Shown one piece after another: positions 1 to 9,657 of a stretch of 64,000 nucleotides of DNA. A program made the position numbers and the translations under genes. The notes beneath the pieces are model-generated. The model was not told where the DNA came from. It saw nothing but the letters and a program-made list of their open reading frames with translations, and did no database searches. This DNA comes from Ostreococcus lucimarinus (taxonomy: Eukaryota). The stretch is from assembly GCA_000092065.1 (NCBI GenBank), contig CP000581.1; one strand, written 5' to 3'. The stretch's first letter is position 1; each line of letters begins with the position of its first letter.

Positions 1-3000
1 TCCTCTGAAGGTATATCCGTGAGCACGCCCGCAAATATAATTTCTGTTCCGACGAGCTCGTCCCCAGTGGCAATTTCACACGCCACGCGACCTTTCAACG
101 TCACCGTCCTGTTTTCGTCGAGATAGCCCATGCGCTGGAGCACAGCGACGCGCGCTTCAAAATCGGGCATTTGGAGCAAGTTTGCGTCTGACAATCCGAA
201 CTCCAGCTCGGCGACACGAGAAGTGAGAACATGTTTTGCTCGCAGCAACGCCGACCATTCACGAAGTTTCTGCGCCGATGCGACCGGTCTCGGGGGCAAG
301 CTCTTCACCAAGTCGGCGTGATGCTGACAAGCTTCCACGGTGACGATGTCTTGTATCTTCAAATCCTTGAGCGGGTGGAGAGCTTCAAACGAGGTCTCAC
401 TCGACAATTTCTCCATCGATAGGAGCGCTCGAGAAGTCGCCGCTACGTCACCACTACCATCTAGTATTGCGTCCGCTTCTACGCTCAACCGACTAGTCGT
501 GATAGCGAGTATCGCGGTCTCAGGAACGCTCGCGACAATGTAATCGATGCCGCCCGCTTGTCGAAACCACGGAAGGCCGTCGGGCATTTTATTTGAGGTC
601 GTGCCACCGCGCTTACCTCCGCCGGCGGACTTCTTGGACATGCCGAAGAAATCATCGTCGTCATCTTTGTCCTTACTATTCATGGACTTCATCGCCGTGG
701 GTGCGTTGTCTCGGGCAGCGTCTTCAGCTTCGGCGACACCTTTGGAGGCATGGCCTTCAGGACACGAAACAAGAACCACGAAAGACTTTCCATTCGTCGC
801 AGAAGTCACCACGCGCAGGAGCACGCAATGTTTTGCGACACCACCTCTTGGTAGTCCGTCCACACTCTCACCTCCCTCGCCTTCAGGAGCGACGAGCAAG
901 ACCCTTCCCGGGCTGAGTGCGTTTTGCGCCCCTCGACTCGTCATGATGGCTTCTCTCACGTGCTCCACGCTTCGTGCAATCTCTCTCGCATGGTCGTCCC
1001 AATGAACGGCTTTCTGCCATTCATCCGGTGAAAACTGCGCTTCAGTTTGCATGAGCGACTCTACTTTGCGAAGAGCAGCGGTGTCGATAGCGAGATCGCC
1101 TCGTCGATCTATGACGCTGCGCTGTGCATGGAATTCGGCAAACGAGCGCGCGAGCATATCCTCGACGCGCAAGTCCTCGACTCGCATGAGGTTGAGAATC
1201 ATGCCGTACGTCAATCGGAACTGTGACTGCAATTTCGTTGCTTGACCCGACAGCAACTGACGAAGCTCAAGTTCTGGAGGAAAGTTCTCCCAAGCTGCCA
1301 AGATGACGGTGCCGACTGTGTCGAGGCCTCGACGTCCAGCGCGGCCAGCCATTTGCGTATATTCACCACTTAGAAGACCTCTGAAATCTTGCCCGTCATG
1401 TTTGCGCAGACTTTGGAAGCACACACAACGAGCTGGAGCGTTTACACCCATCGCAAAAGTTTCCGTGCAATAGAGAACTTTAAGCAAACCACGACAAAAC
1501 AACATCTCGACAATCTCCTTGACGATTGGCAGTAGACCAGCGTGATGCACGCCGAGACCTCGACGAAGGAGTTCGCGCACGCGAAGGACTTGCGGTAACT
1601 TGCGGTCGGTGACGGATAATCGACTCAGCGCGCGTTCACAAAATACGTGGATTTCGTGCTTCTCAGAGCTTGATGTGAGATCCATCGACGTCAGGCTGTC
1701 GACGAGAGTGTCGCATCGTTTCTTGCTAAACGCAAATACAACCATGGGTAGTAGTTCTCGACGTTCAAGATTGCGAATGAGCTCTACCCACATATTCTTA
1801 TCGCGCCCAGCGTTGGGTCCAAACGAGCTTCCTCGTCCACCGGTGACGTTTTGGGTTCCTCCGCGCCCGCCCACTCGGCCTCCTCGCCCTTGTTGGGCTC
1901 CACCACGGCCGCCCCGTCCGGCGAGCGCGGTTTGTTTCGCAGCTTGCGCATTTGCTGGTGTTGCCGTCGTCGTTTTGTTACCAAGTAGCTTCTTTTTGTG
2001 CGCATCTGACGCGACTTTATACCCAGTCGGCAAGAATGCTTCGTGCTCTCCGACCTTGTAAAAGTCCTTCTCCTTATCGCCTCCGAAGTAGATGCAGTGT
2101 TCGAGCGGCACAGGTCGCTTCTTCGTTCCCGTGACGAATATTTTCTTTCTCTTCGTTCTTCCAACCCAATCAGCAAACTCGAAAACGTTTGGTACCGTGG
2201 CAGACAACAAAATCAAACCAACGTGCGCGGGAAGCATGATGATGACCTCTTCCCACACGACACCTCTCTCGGCGTCATTTACGTAGTGCACCTCGTCAAA
2301 GATAACCCATTCGACGTCGCGTATCAGATCCGCGCCTCGATACAGCATACTCCGCAAAATTTCCGTCGTCATGATGAGACAAGCCGCTTCTGGTTTGATG
2401 GAAACGTCACCTGTCAACAGGCCGACGTCGAACATCTTCCCAAAATCTCTAAACTTTTGGTTGCTAATCGTCTTGATTGGAGACGTATAGATGGCGCGCG
2501 TGCAGTGTTTCGTAGCCAGCGCAAAGGCGTATTCCGCAACCACGGTCTTGCCCGCGGAAGTGTGCGCTGCAACGAACACATTCTCGGACTTTTCCAAGTG
2601 GACGATGGCTTCTTTCTGAAATAAATCGAGTTCGAATGGGAAATCGTGCGCCGGTTCGGGTACCTCGCGTCTATACGCTTCCTGAACGTCGTCAAATCTC
2701 TCCATGACGGCCCATGTCTCTCCTTTCTTCTTCCTCGACTTACTTCGCCTTCGAGCCGCAATAATGGATTTTGTGCCGTTCAGTAATGCCTCGACTTCGG
2801 CTTCGCCTTCGAGCGTGACTTCGTCGACCGCTTCGCCGTCCTCTTCCGTTTCGTCCTCCGTTTCGTCCTCCGTGTCATCCTCCTCGCTCGATGATTCCTC
2901 CGGTCGAACAGCGCCGCGAAGCGCATCGATGAATAAATCGTCGTACGACATCGGTAACTCTTCATCGTCCATCACTGTCAGCTTTTCAAGCTCGAGCTCC

Positions 3001-3740
3001 ATTTGCTCCATGCCACTGTCTAAATCAAACATTTCTCGCATCCCGTGCAGCGTGTTTGGTAGAGTCGACGCTGAGAGATACGTCCCCGCTTCAAACTCTT
3101 CCAACCACGCCTTTCCCGCGCGACTCGCCAGCTCCATACGCTTTGCCGCGCTCTCTCGCGCGGCTGCGTCCCATCCTTCTCCTCCCGGCGTGAACGGCAC
3201 TTGACTAAACGAACCTCGCACGAAATCGCTCTGCGGCGCGGGCGAACGCGCCAACGAACTCGAATCTCCAGCCCCACCTTCGGCGAGAAGTTCGACCTCG
3301 ATCCAATCCGTCGTCGCCAACGTCTCCCCTCGCGCTTGTCGCTCGGCCCAATCCTTTGACGGCGTCGGCGTCGAGTGTGCGTCGTATGCGTCCACGTCGT
3401 ACGGCGTCGGCGTCGGCGCGCGCGGAAGCACCGCCGCCTCCGCCTCGCTCGGCTCTGCGCCCGCGCAGTGCGCGCTCAGCTTCACGCGGGCCATCATCGA
3501 CGCGGACGCAATCAGGGCGTCATCCAGTTCGCTCGCGCGCCGCGCTCGCGCGTCGTGCGCAGCGCCGTCGTCGTTCGGGACGACGGTTGGGTCAAAGCGG
3601 AGCGCGCGCGCGGGGACGCGTTCGACGGCGTCGACGTCCGCGACGTCGTCCTCGTCCACGACGACGATGCGGACGTCACCGCTCGATGTGGGGACGAGGG
3701 CCACGCGATCACCGACGCCCTCGACGAGGAGTCGCATCGC
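1..3740 (-). CDS. SKI2: SKI2/SKIV2L-type RNA helicase (3'-5' exosome cofactor). The C-terminus runs off the window start and about 40 aa are missing.
   Basis: Hand translation of the minus strand gives the motifs FPFELDLFQKEAIVHLEKSENVFVAAHTSAGKT, RLTYGMILNLMRVE and a DSHCT-like C-terminal stretch ...LQRMGYLDENRTVTLKGRVACEI. A roughly 345-aa N-terminal region precedes the helicase core, as in Ski2 rather than Mtr4. The upstream in-frame stop is at 3783-3785 and the first Met (MRLLVEG...) is at 3740. This ORF is absent from the ORF track because it runs off the window edge. Confidence 0.85.
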
Positions 3741-3869
3741 GAACGACGCGGCTGGCTGTGAGGTCGAGCGCGTCGGTTGTCAACGCCGAAGAGCGGAGCA
3801 TCGAGACATCGAATCGCTATAGTATTGAAAAAATAAATTGCGCGCGCTACGCGTGTGAAATAGTTACGC

Positions 3870-5357
3870 TCAAGTTTCGTAACGCTGCTCGCCGAGCAAG
3901 AAAACCTTGTCCGTTCTCGACAAGTCGTGTTCGAATCCGCCATGGCCGATGCGCTCCAGGGCGTCTGCAGGAGAAATATCGAGAAGTTCGTCGCCGAGAA
4001 GGGCGCGCCAGGTGTTGAGATCGGTGATTCCCGTTTCTGGTAAGCGATTACTCGCTTGGAAAGTCAGAAGAGCCGCGGAGGTGGTGCTACCGAAGTACCA
4101 ATACTCCATGTCCTCTTCGCCCGAATCGAAACCTTGTTCGGAGAGGATGACTTGCATCTTGTGAACTTCCATACCGCCGTCGTCTTCGCGAAGGACGGGC
4201 CACTTATGAGCACCTATTTTACCGTTCGTTTCGAATGAAGCGCCTTGAGGCGCACCTCGCTCGTCGTCGTGGCCAAAAGGATCGTAATCATCCGGGGCGT
4301 AGTCCTCTTCCGCCATGACATATTTCGGGTTCGCAGTGGCCGCTTCTGCTGCGGGCGCTTCTACCGAGGGCACCTTGTCCACGACCTCTGGAATCTTGCT
4401 CTCATCGAATGCGATCGCACCCGGTGGAGGTCCCCACTTGAATGCTTCTTCACCGAGCAATGCGCGCCACGTATCCGAATCCACGAGCCCAGTCTCGGGG
4501 ATCCCAGCGTTGGCTTGGAAATACAACAACGCGACCTTCGTCGTTTCGCCGAAGAACATATCCTCCTCGTCGTCTTCCCCGGCCCAGAATCCCGCCTCGT
4601 TTAATTTGTAGTGAATCGTCGTCATCAGATAGATGTCGTCGTCATTTTTCTTGACGAGCGGCCACTCCCCCGAACGATCCGTGCCGTCGCCTCTCCACTC
4701 GCTCACGTCGAGCACGGGCTCGACAATCGGTTCGCTCGCCTCCACATCCACCGCGCCTAACCCACCACCACCAACGCCAAGCATGGCCAACATATCCGCA
4801 TCACTCTTCTCTCCCTTCACGGCGTTCATGCTCGAGCCCGCGTCGAGCGTCCCTCCTCGCGTCGTCGCCGCTCGCACCTCCTCCTTCAGCTCCCGCACCT
4901 CCTTCGTCAACGACCGAATCTCTTTCAGCAGCTCCATCTGCACTTGCGCCGCATCCAAGACTATTTCTCCTCGCTCTTCGCGTATCTCCCGCAGTTCATT
5001 ATCGATCAGCGTGCGTTCGACGCGCAGGCGCGACGTCTCCACCAACGCCGCCTCCGCCGCGTCCCCAGCCTTCTTGAGAAATCCTCGAAGCTTCTTCTTC
5101 CCTCGCGCCACCACCGCGCCGCGCGGAGCGTCCGCGCGCGCGCGTCGCGACGGCGCGAGCGTCACCGGCGTCGCCCCGTCCGCGCGCGCGCGAAGGACGC
5201 AGCGCGCGCGCGGCGTCGCGGCGTCGCCGAATCCACGCCCGACGACGACGACGGCGGCGCGCGCGACGCCTCGAGCGCGCGCCGCGCCGCGCGACGACGA
5301 CGGCGCGCGCGCCGCCGTCGATCGCGTCGACGCGGCGATGGGCGCGCGCGCGCGCAT
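3870..5357 (-). CDS. Protein with an Arg/Ala-rich N-terminal transit-like peptide, a coiled coil and two putative peptidoglycan-binding (PG_binding_1) domains.
   Basis: The ORF is 3870..5738. Two repeats fit the PGBD consensus: FGETTKVALLYFQANAGIPETGLVDSDTWRALLG and FGSTTSAALLTFQASNRLPETGITDLNTWRALLG. A coiled coil reads EIREERGEIVLDAAQVQMELLKEIRSLTKEVRELKEEV. I trimmed the start to the Met at 5357 (MRARAPIAAS...) because the upstream part overlaps a coding-like LRR gene on the plus strand. Confidence 0.6.
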   Translation of the reverse strand: MRARAPIAASTRSTAARAPSSSRGAARARGVARAAVVVVGRGFGDAATPRARCVLRARADGATPVTLAPSRRARADAPRGAVVARGKKKLRGFLKKAGDAAEAALVETSRLRVERTLIDNELREIREERGEIVLDAAQVQMELLKEIRSLTKEVRELKEEVRAATTRGGTLDAGSSMNAVKGEKSDADMLAMLGVGGGGLGAVDVEASEPIVEPVLDVSEWRGDGTDRSGEWPLVKKNDDDIYLMTTIHYKLNEAGFWAGEDDEEDMFFGETTKVALLYFQANAGIPETGLVDSDTWRALLGEEAFKWGPPPGAIAFDESKIPEVVDKVPSVEAPAAEAATANPKYVMAEEDYAPDDYDPFGHDDERGAPQGASFETNGKIGAHKWPVLREDDGGMEVHKMQVILSEQGFDSGEEDMEYWYFGSTTSAALLTFQASNRLPETGITDLNTWRALLGDELLDISPADALERIGHGGFEHDLSRTDKVFLLGEQRYET

Positions 5358-5475
5358 GTCGGAAGACGACGCGACGCGACGAGAGCGCGCGTGACAATGC
5401 CGACACCGACGCGCTGCGCGCGAGACGTCGACGCGCGACGCGCGGACGACGCGTCGAGGCGTCGAGTCGACGGCG

Positions 5476-6078
5476 ATGACGCGGTCGAGCGCGATGCGCG
5501 CGCTCGCGCGCGCGCGCGCGCGCGTCGTCGCCGCGCGCGCGCGCGGTGGGAACGTTTCGTCGTCGTCAAAGTTCGCGTCGATGACGACGACGACGACGAC
5601 GCGCCCGAGCGACGACGTCACCGCGCGCACGCTGCTCGAGGCGAACGGCAAGCGATTCGACGTCGCGATGCCGCGCGGCGTGGCGCTGCAGGCGCTGTTG
5701 CTCGCGCGAAGCGACGACTTGAAGTGCGTGGACATCATGTGTCAGTGGGTGGGGGACGCGTGCGCGTGCAGGCTCGCGCGCGCGCTCGACAGGCGAGGGG
5801 AGGCGCTCAGGGTGCTGGATGTTTCTGGGAACAGGCTGCGCGCGCTGCCGAGCGCGGTGTGGGCGATGCGGGCGCTGGAGGTGTTGGACGCGAGCGACAA
5901 CGCGTTGACGCCGGCGGACGTCCCGTTCGACGATTTGATGGACGAGACCAAGGATGTGGCGCCGAATCTCAAGGTTTTGAATTTAAGGGGGAACGTGGCG
6001 GTGATAGATGGGTTAGAGGGGCGATTGAGAGAGGTCGTGGACGCCATGGCGCGTCGCGGCGTGAAGCTCGTGTTGTAG
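5476..6078 (+). CDS. Small leucine-rich-repeat protein.
   Basis: LRR units read LRVLDVSGNRLRALPSAVWAMRALEVLDASDNALT...NLKVLNLRGN. Third-codon positions are GC-rich and codon-like. An alternative start is the internal Met near 5578. Confidence 0.5.
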   Translation: MTRSSAMRALARARARVVAARARGGNVSSSSKFASMTTTTTTRPSDDVTARTLLEANGKRFDVAMPRGVALQALLLARSDDLKCVDIMCQWVGDACACRLARALDRRGEALRVLDVSGNRLRALPSAVWAMRALEVLDASDNALTPADVPFDDLMDETKDVAPNLKVLNLRGNVAVIDGLEGRLREVVDAMARRGVKLVL

Positions 6079-6093
6079 TAAAGCGGTTAGCGT

Positions 6094-7284
6094 TTGATTA
6101 AACGTCATTCGTCGTCGCGCATGTCAGCGTCATCGCGTTGCGGTGCGCGAGCCGCCTCGACATCGTCGCCGTCGCGTCATCTCTCGCGTCGCCGCCCTTC
6201 GCGCGCGCGCGCGTCGATGGCGTCGGTTGCCAGCCAGCTCCCGGTGCTGTCGCTGCCGCGAGAAGACGCCGACGAAAACTCACACCGCGCGTTCGCCGCG
6301 GAGCTGTGTCGAACGTGTCACGACGTTGGATTCTTTTATTTATCGAATCACGGCGTCGAGCAGGCGTGCGACAACGTTCTCGACGCGTCGAGGGCGTTCT
6401 TCGCGTTGCCACTGGCTGAGAAGAAAGAGATAGACTACACGCGAAGTCGAGCGTTTCGAGGATACATGTACGACGGCGCCGAAAACACCGCTGGAAAGCC
6501 AGATCGAAGAGAGCAGATTGAATTCGGTGTCGAGTGCGCCGAAACGTGCGCCACCGAAGGGCCATATTACGAGCGATTAAAAGGTCCAAATCAGTGGCCG
6601 GCTCAGGTGCCGCTTCGCGCACCAGTGGAAGATTTCCAAAACAAAATGGCGACGTTGAGTCGAAGAATCATGACTTATTTGGCGATCGGACTAGACCTCG
6701 ACGGCGGTTATTTCGATTCCATGTTCGGCGACGAACCGAACGTGCAGATGAAAATTTGCCGGTATCCGCCGAGCGACGGATCCGTCGGCGAACACAGCGA
6801 CACTGGAATTCTTTCTTTTGTCGTCCAAGACTCGGTCGGTGGTTTGCAAGTGCAGCTTCACGATAGCGGTGAATGGATTGATGCGCCGCCGATCGACGGA
6901 ACGCTCGTCGTCAACTTGGGGGAGATGATTCAACTAATCACCGGCGGCTACTTTCTTGCCACGCCGCATCGCGTTCAAAACCTGAACGGCAGCCAGGCGC
7001 GATACTCGGTGCCTTACTTTTGGAATCCGGAGCTAGACTATCGAGTCGAATTTATAGAGTCCTCCATATTGGACAGTTTGGTTTGGCATCGGCCGCGACC
7101 GTCGGACGATTCCTTCAGAGCGACGGGATCGCACGGCGGCGCGAATCGACTCATCTCAGCGTACGGCGAAAACGCGTTCAAATCGTTCGCACGGTCTCAT
7201 CCCGTAGTCATGCGAAGGCATCATTCAGACTTAGTGATGAACCCCGACGGTAGTATAACTAGTCCTAGCAGCTCAATATTATAA
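6094..7284 (+). CDS. 2-oxoglutarate/Fe(II)-dependent dioxygenase of the isopenicillin-N-synthase/ACC-oxidase-like family.
   Basis: A DIOX_N-like N-terminus (FFYLSNHGVEQ) is followed by a 2OG-FeII_Oxy core with an HxD...H triad (VGEHSDTGILSFVVQD ... ATPHRV) and RYSVPYFWNP. The Ser/Arg-rich first 41 aa may be a targeting peptide. An alternative start is the ATG at 6217 (MASVASQLPVL...). Confidence 0.8.
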   Translation: MIKRHSSSRMSASSRCGARAASTSSPSRHLSRRRPSRARASMASVASQLPVLSLPREDADENSHRAFAAELCRTCHDVGFFYLSNHGVEQACDNVLDASRAFFALPLAEKKEIDYTRSRAFRGYMYDGAENTAGKPDRREQIEFGVECAETCATEGPYYERLKGPNQWPAQVPLRAPVEDFQNKMATLSRRIMTYLAIGLDLDGGYFDSMFGDEPNVQMKICRYPPSDGSVGEHSDTGILSFVVQDSVGGLQVQLHDSGEWIDAPPIDGTLVVNLGEMIQLITGGYFLATPHRVQNLNGSQARYSVPYFWNPELDYRVEFIESSILDSLVWHRPRPSDDSFRATGSHGGANRLISAYGENAFKSFARSHPVVMRRHHSDLVMNPDGSITSPSSSIL

Positions 7285-8154
7285 TCGTTCCGCCGGCGCA
7301 GGAACCGGCGTTTTCTTTTTCTGCGGTAAACTAACTTCTAACGTCACCTTCACGTCATCATCCGCACCGACTGTGGTGATGATGTTCACGCGCTCTTGCG
7401 ACGGCTTTGGAGTTTTCGGCTTCTTCGGTGGCTTGACCTTTTTCGGCGCGTACTTCGTGTTATATCTCGTCATCGCGTCACCAAACTTGTTGTCAAGCAA
7501 CACCTCCTGCAACGCCTCCACGGCGTCTTCCACGGCGCCATTCACCTTGACCGCGTCGTCCTCATCGAACCTCGAAAGCACGTACTCGTACACCGCCGTA
7601 TTTTCATCTTTAGGCCGTCCAATCCCAATCTTAACTCGCGCGAAAGATCTATCGCCGCGCGTCGCGTCGTCGATGACGCTTCGCACACCGTTATGCCCAC
7701 CATGACTCCCGCTCGTCTTCATCCTCAACTCTCCAAGCTTGGTCTCTAAATCATCGTACACGATCACGATTCGCGACTTACCGATCTTAAACGCCCGCAT
7801 CATCTCTCGCACGCTCTTGCCGCTCAGGTTCATAAAAGTCTGCGGCTTCGCCAGAACCACCGCGCTGCGTCCAAGCTTCCCCACCCCGAGCACCGCGCGG
7901 TGCTTCGTCGACGTCAGCTCGATCCCAGCGCGTCGCGCGAGCGCGTCCACGACCTCGAAACCGACGTTGTGTCTCGTGCCGGCGAATTTCGCGCCTGGGT
8001 TCCCGAGTCCACAAATCAACCACGCGTCGCGTTCGACGCCGCGCGCGCCCATCGCGCGCGTCGACACCGCGCGCACCGCGCGCGCGGGCAAGCCGACGAT
8101 CGCCACCGACGCGCGCGCGGTGGCTCGCAGCGCGCCCGCGAGCGCGCGCTTCAT
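7279..8154 (-). CDS. PTH: Peptidyl-tRNA hydrolase (bacterial/organellar Pth type) with an organellar presequence and a Lys-rich C-terminal tail.
   Basis: Motifs are GLGNPGAKFAGTRHNVGF, LAKPQTFMNLSGKSV, VIVYDDLETKLGELRMKTSGSHGGHNGVRS. The track ORF extends to 8730, but that Arg-rich extension overlaps TAF12. I trimmed the start to the Met at 8154 (MKRALAGAL...). Confidence 0.85.
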   Translation of the reverse strand: MKRALAGALRATARASVAIVGLPARAVRAVSTRAMGARGVERDAWLICGLGNPGAKFAGTRHNVGFEVVDALARRAGIELTSTKHRAVLGVGKLGRSAVVLAKPQTFMNLSGKSVREMMRAFKIGKSRIVIVYDDLETKLGELRMKTSGSHGGHNGVRSVIDDATRGDRSFARVKIGIGRPKDENTAVYEYVLSRFDEDDAVKVNGAVEDAVEALQEVLLDNKFGDAMTRYNTKYAPKKVKPPKKPKTPKPSQERVNIITTVGADDDVKVTLEVSLPQKKKTPVPAPAERL

Positions 8155-8337
8155 GCCGCGGTGGCGAGTGGCGCGTGCCGCAGTGCTCGACGCGACGACG
8201 CGAGACGAAGACGAGATGAGCGCGCGACAGGTGCGAACGACGCGACGCGGCGCGGCGCGACGCGACGATGTCGCGCGTCGGGCGACGCGACGATGCGACG
8301 GGCCGCGCGCCGTTCGAATCGATTCGATTCGATTTCG

Positions 8338-9015
8338 ATGCGATCGAGCGATGCGTTGGCGTCTAGGGCGACGACGCGAAGCGCGTTCGAGCGCGTCGAG
8401 ACTCGCAGAGCCCCCCCCGCGCGCGATGACGACACGACTGACGCCGAGCGCGTCGAGCGCGCGCGATCGAAGAAACAAACCGCCGAGGACGTGGCGGCGC
8501 AGATGGAGAAACGCGCGGCGGCGCAGGCGAGACTCGCGGCGGCGCAAGCGGCGGCGGCGGCGTCCGCGGCGGCGGCGAAAAAGAAGACCGATGATGGTGG
8601 TCACGCGATCTCCAAGGATGAGCTTCAGGAGCTGCTGAAGGAGTTCGCGCCGGGAGAGAGCTTCGAACCGGAGGTTGAGGAAATGCTGTTGGAGATTACG
8701 GACGACTTCGTCGACAACGTGCTCGAACACGCGGCGCGATTAGCGAGACATCGAGGAAGCGAGGCGGTGGAACCGAAAGATGTGTTGTTACATCTCGAGC
8801 GGCAGTGGGATATGCACATTCCCGGGTACGGTGGTGAAGAGGTGCCAAAGTATACGGAGAAGCAAAGCGTGGAGACGCACTCGAGACGACTGGCGGCGGT
8901 GCGACGGTCGGTAGCCGCGGCCACGGCGGCGCAAAACGAGCAACGCAAGCAAGCTCGACTCGCAGCCGATCGTGCGACGAAAGGAAAAGGAGATATGGGC
9001 GCGGAAGACGCATAG
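8338..9015 (+). CDS. TAF12: TFIID subunit TAF12, histone-fold domain.
   Basis: The C-terminal region matches the TAF12 histone fold: LQELLKEFAPGESFEPEVEEMLLEITDDFVDNVLEHAARLARHRGSEAVEPKDVLLHLERQWDMHIPGYGG. The track ORF starts at 7900 but overlaps PTH on the opposite strand. The start is probably the ATG at 8338 or at 8293. Confidence 0.75.
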   Translation: MRSSDALASRATTRSAFERVETRRAPPARDDDTTDAERVERARSKKQTAEDVAAQMEKRAAAQARLAAAQAAAAASAAAAKKKTDDGGHAISKDELQELLKEFAPGESFEPEVEEMLLEITDDFVDNVLEHAARLARHRGSEAVEPKDVLLHLERQWDMHIPGYGGEEVPKYTEKQSVETHSRRLAAVRRSVAAATAAQNEQRKQARLAADRATKGKGDMGAEDA

Positions 9016-9082
9016 AAATGTTTTAGTAATCTTCACTTAATTAGTCATACATCATCAAAAGCCGCATCTGTGCGCGCTTCCT

Positions 9083-9553
9083 CTACACCTCATCCTCGTT
9101 GAGCAGCATATTCGGAATCCCTTTATTAATGGGAAACTTTCTCCCGCTCTCCGGGCACACCAACGTGCCTTCCTCCACGTGCACCTCTAAAAGCGCGTGA
9201 TGAAACGTTCTCAAAAACTCCTCGTCGCTCGCCGCGTCGTCGGGAATCTCGCTCGGTAGTCCCTCAAGCCCGATCTCCTTCGCCGCATTCACAAACGCAC
9301 TCCACTCCATCTTCGGCAGCATGTGCGTCAAGAATTCGGCGTTAAAGTCCACTTCGACCTCGCGCGTTTCCTTCGGGACAATCTTCAGCGGGAACCCGTT
9401 CACCACGCCCTGCGCGCGCCCGGTCCAGTCGACCTCGTTCGTCAGTCGCGCGTCACGCTCGCGCGCGGCATCACCACGTCCGACTCGTTCGCGTTTCGCA
9501 TCGCGCGCGTCGTCGTCGTCGTCGTCGCTGCCGCCGTCGTCGTCGCGCATCAC
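9083..9553 (-). CDS. TRM112: TRM112-like methyltransferase activator subunit.
   Basis: The sequence ...GFPLKIVPKE...FNAEFLTHMLPKMEWSAFVNAAKEIGLEG...EEFLRTFHHALLEVHVEEGTLVCPESGRKFPINKGIPNMLLNEDEV matches TRM112 end to end. A 36-aa acidic N-terminal extension lacks a Met at the position of the conserved MKLLTHN, so the start may involve an unresolved small exon. Confidence 0.8.
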   Translation of the reverse strand: MMRDDDGGSDDDDDDARDAKRERVGRGDAARERDARLTNEVDWTGRAQGVVNGFPLKIVPKETREVEVDFNAEFLTHMLPKMEWSAFVNAAKEIGLEGLPSEIPDDAASDEEFLRTFHHALLEVHVEEGTLVCPESGRKFPINKGIPNMLLNEDEV

Positions 9554-9657
9554 CGCCGCCGGCGCAACTTTCGTCGCCGCTCGCGCATCGCGCCGCGTCG
9601 CGCTCGCGCCATCGCGCGTCGCATCGCGCGCACCTTGGCGTTACACGCCAGCATGTT

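Noticed and set aside
5358-5738. N-terminal over-extensions of track ORFs. Examples are 5358-5738 for the PGBD protein, 8155-8730 for PTH, 26369-26815 for AHA1, 28249-28743 for ALKBH1, 31145-31648 for NAPRT, 41381-41599 for NAXE, 49093-49749 for CIA2 and 55181-55816 for the NCA2-like gene.
   Set aside because: Each extension overlaps a neighbouring well-supported gene or is Arg-rich low-complexity. Homologues start at the internal Met that I used.
4944-6101. 385-aa plus-strand ORF, extremely Arg/Ala/Asp-rich, overlapping the PGBD gene and the LRR gene.
   Set aside because: The product is low-complexity ([15 protein letters not shown]...) with no domain. It is antisense to and out of frame with coding-like sequence. 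It is an artefact of GCG/CGC/GAC-rich codon usage, which leaves all six frames open.
7739-8638. 299-aa plus-strand ORF between PTH and TAF12, and the 7900-start version of TAF12.
   Set aside because: It is out of frame with the TAF12 histone fold and overlaps the PTH presequence on the other strand. Its composition is low-complexity. The TAF12 start was trimmed to 8338 or 8293.
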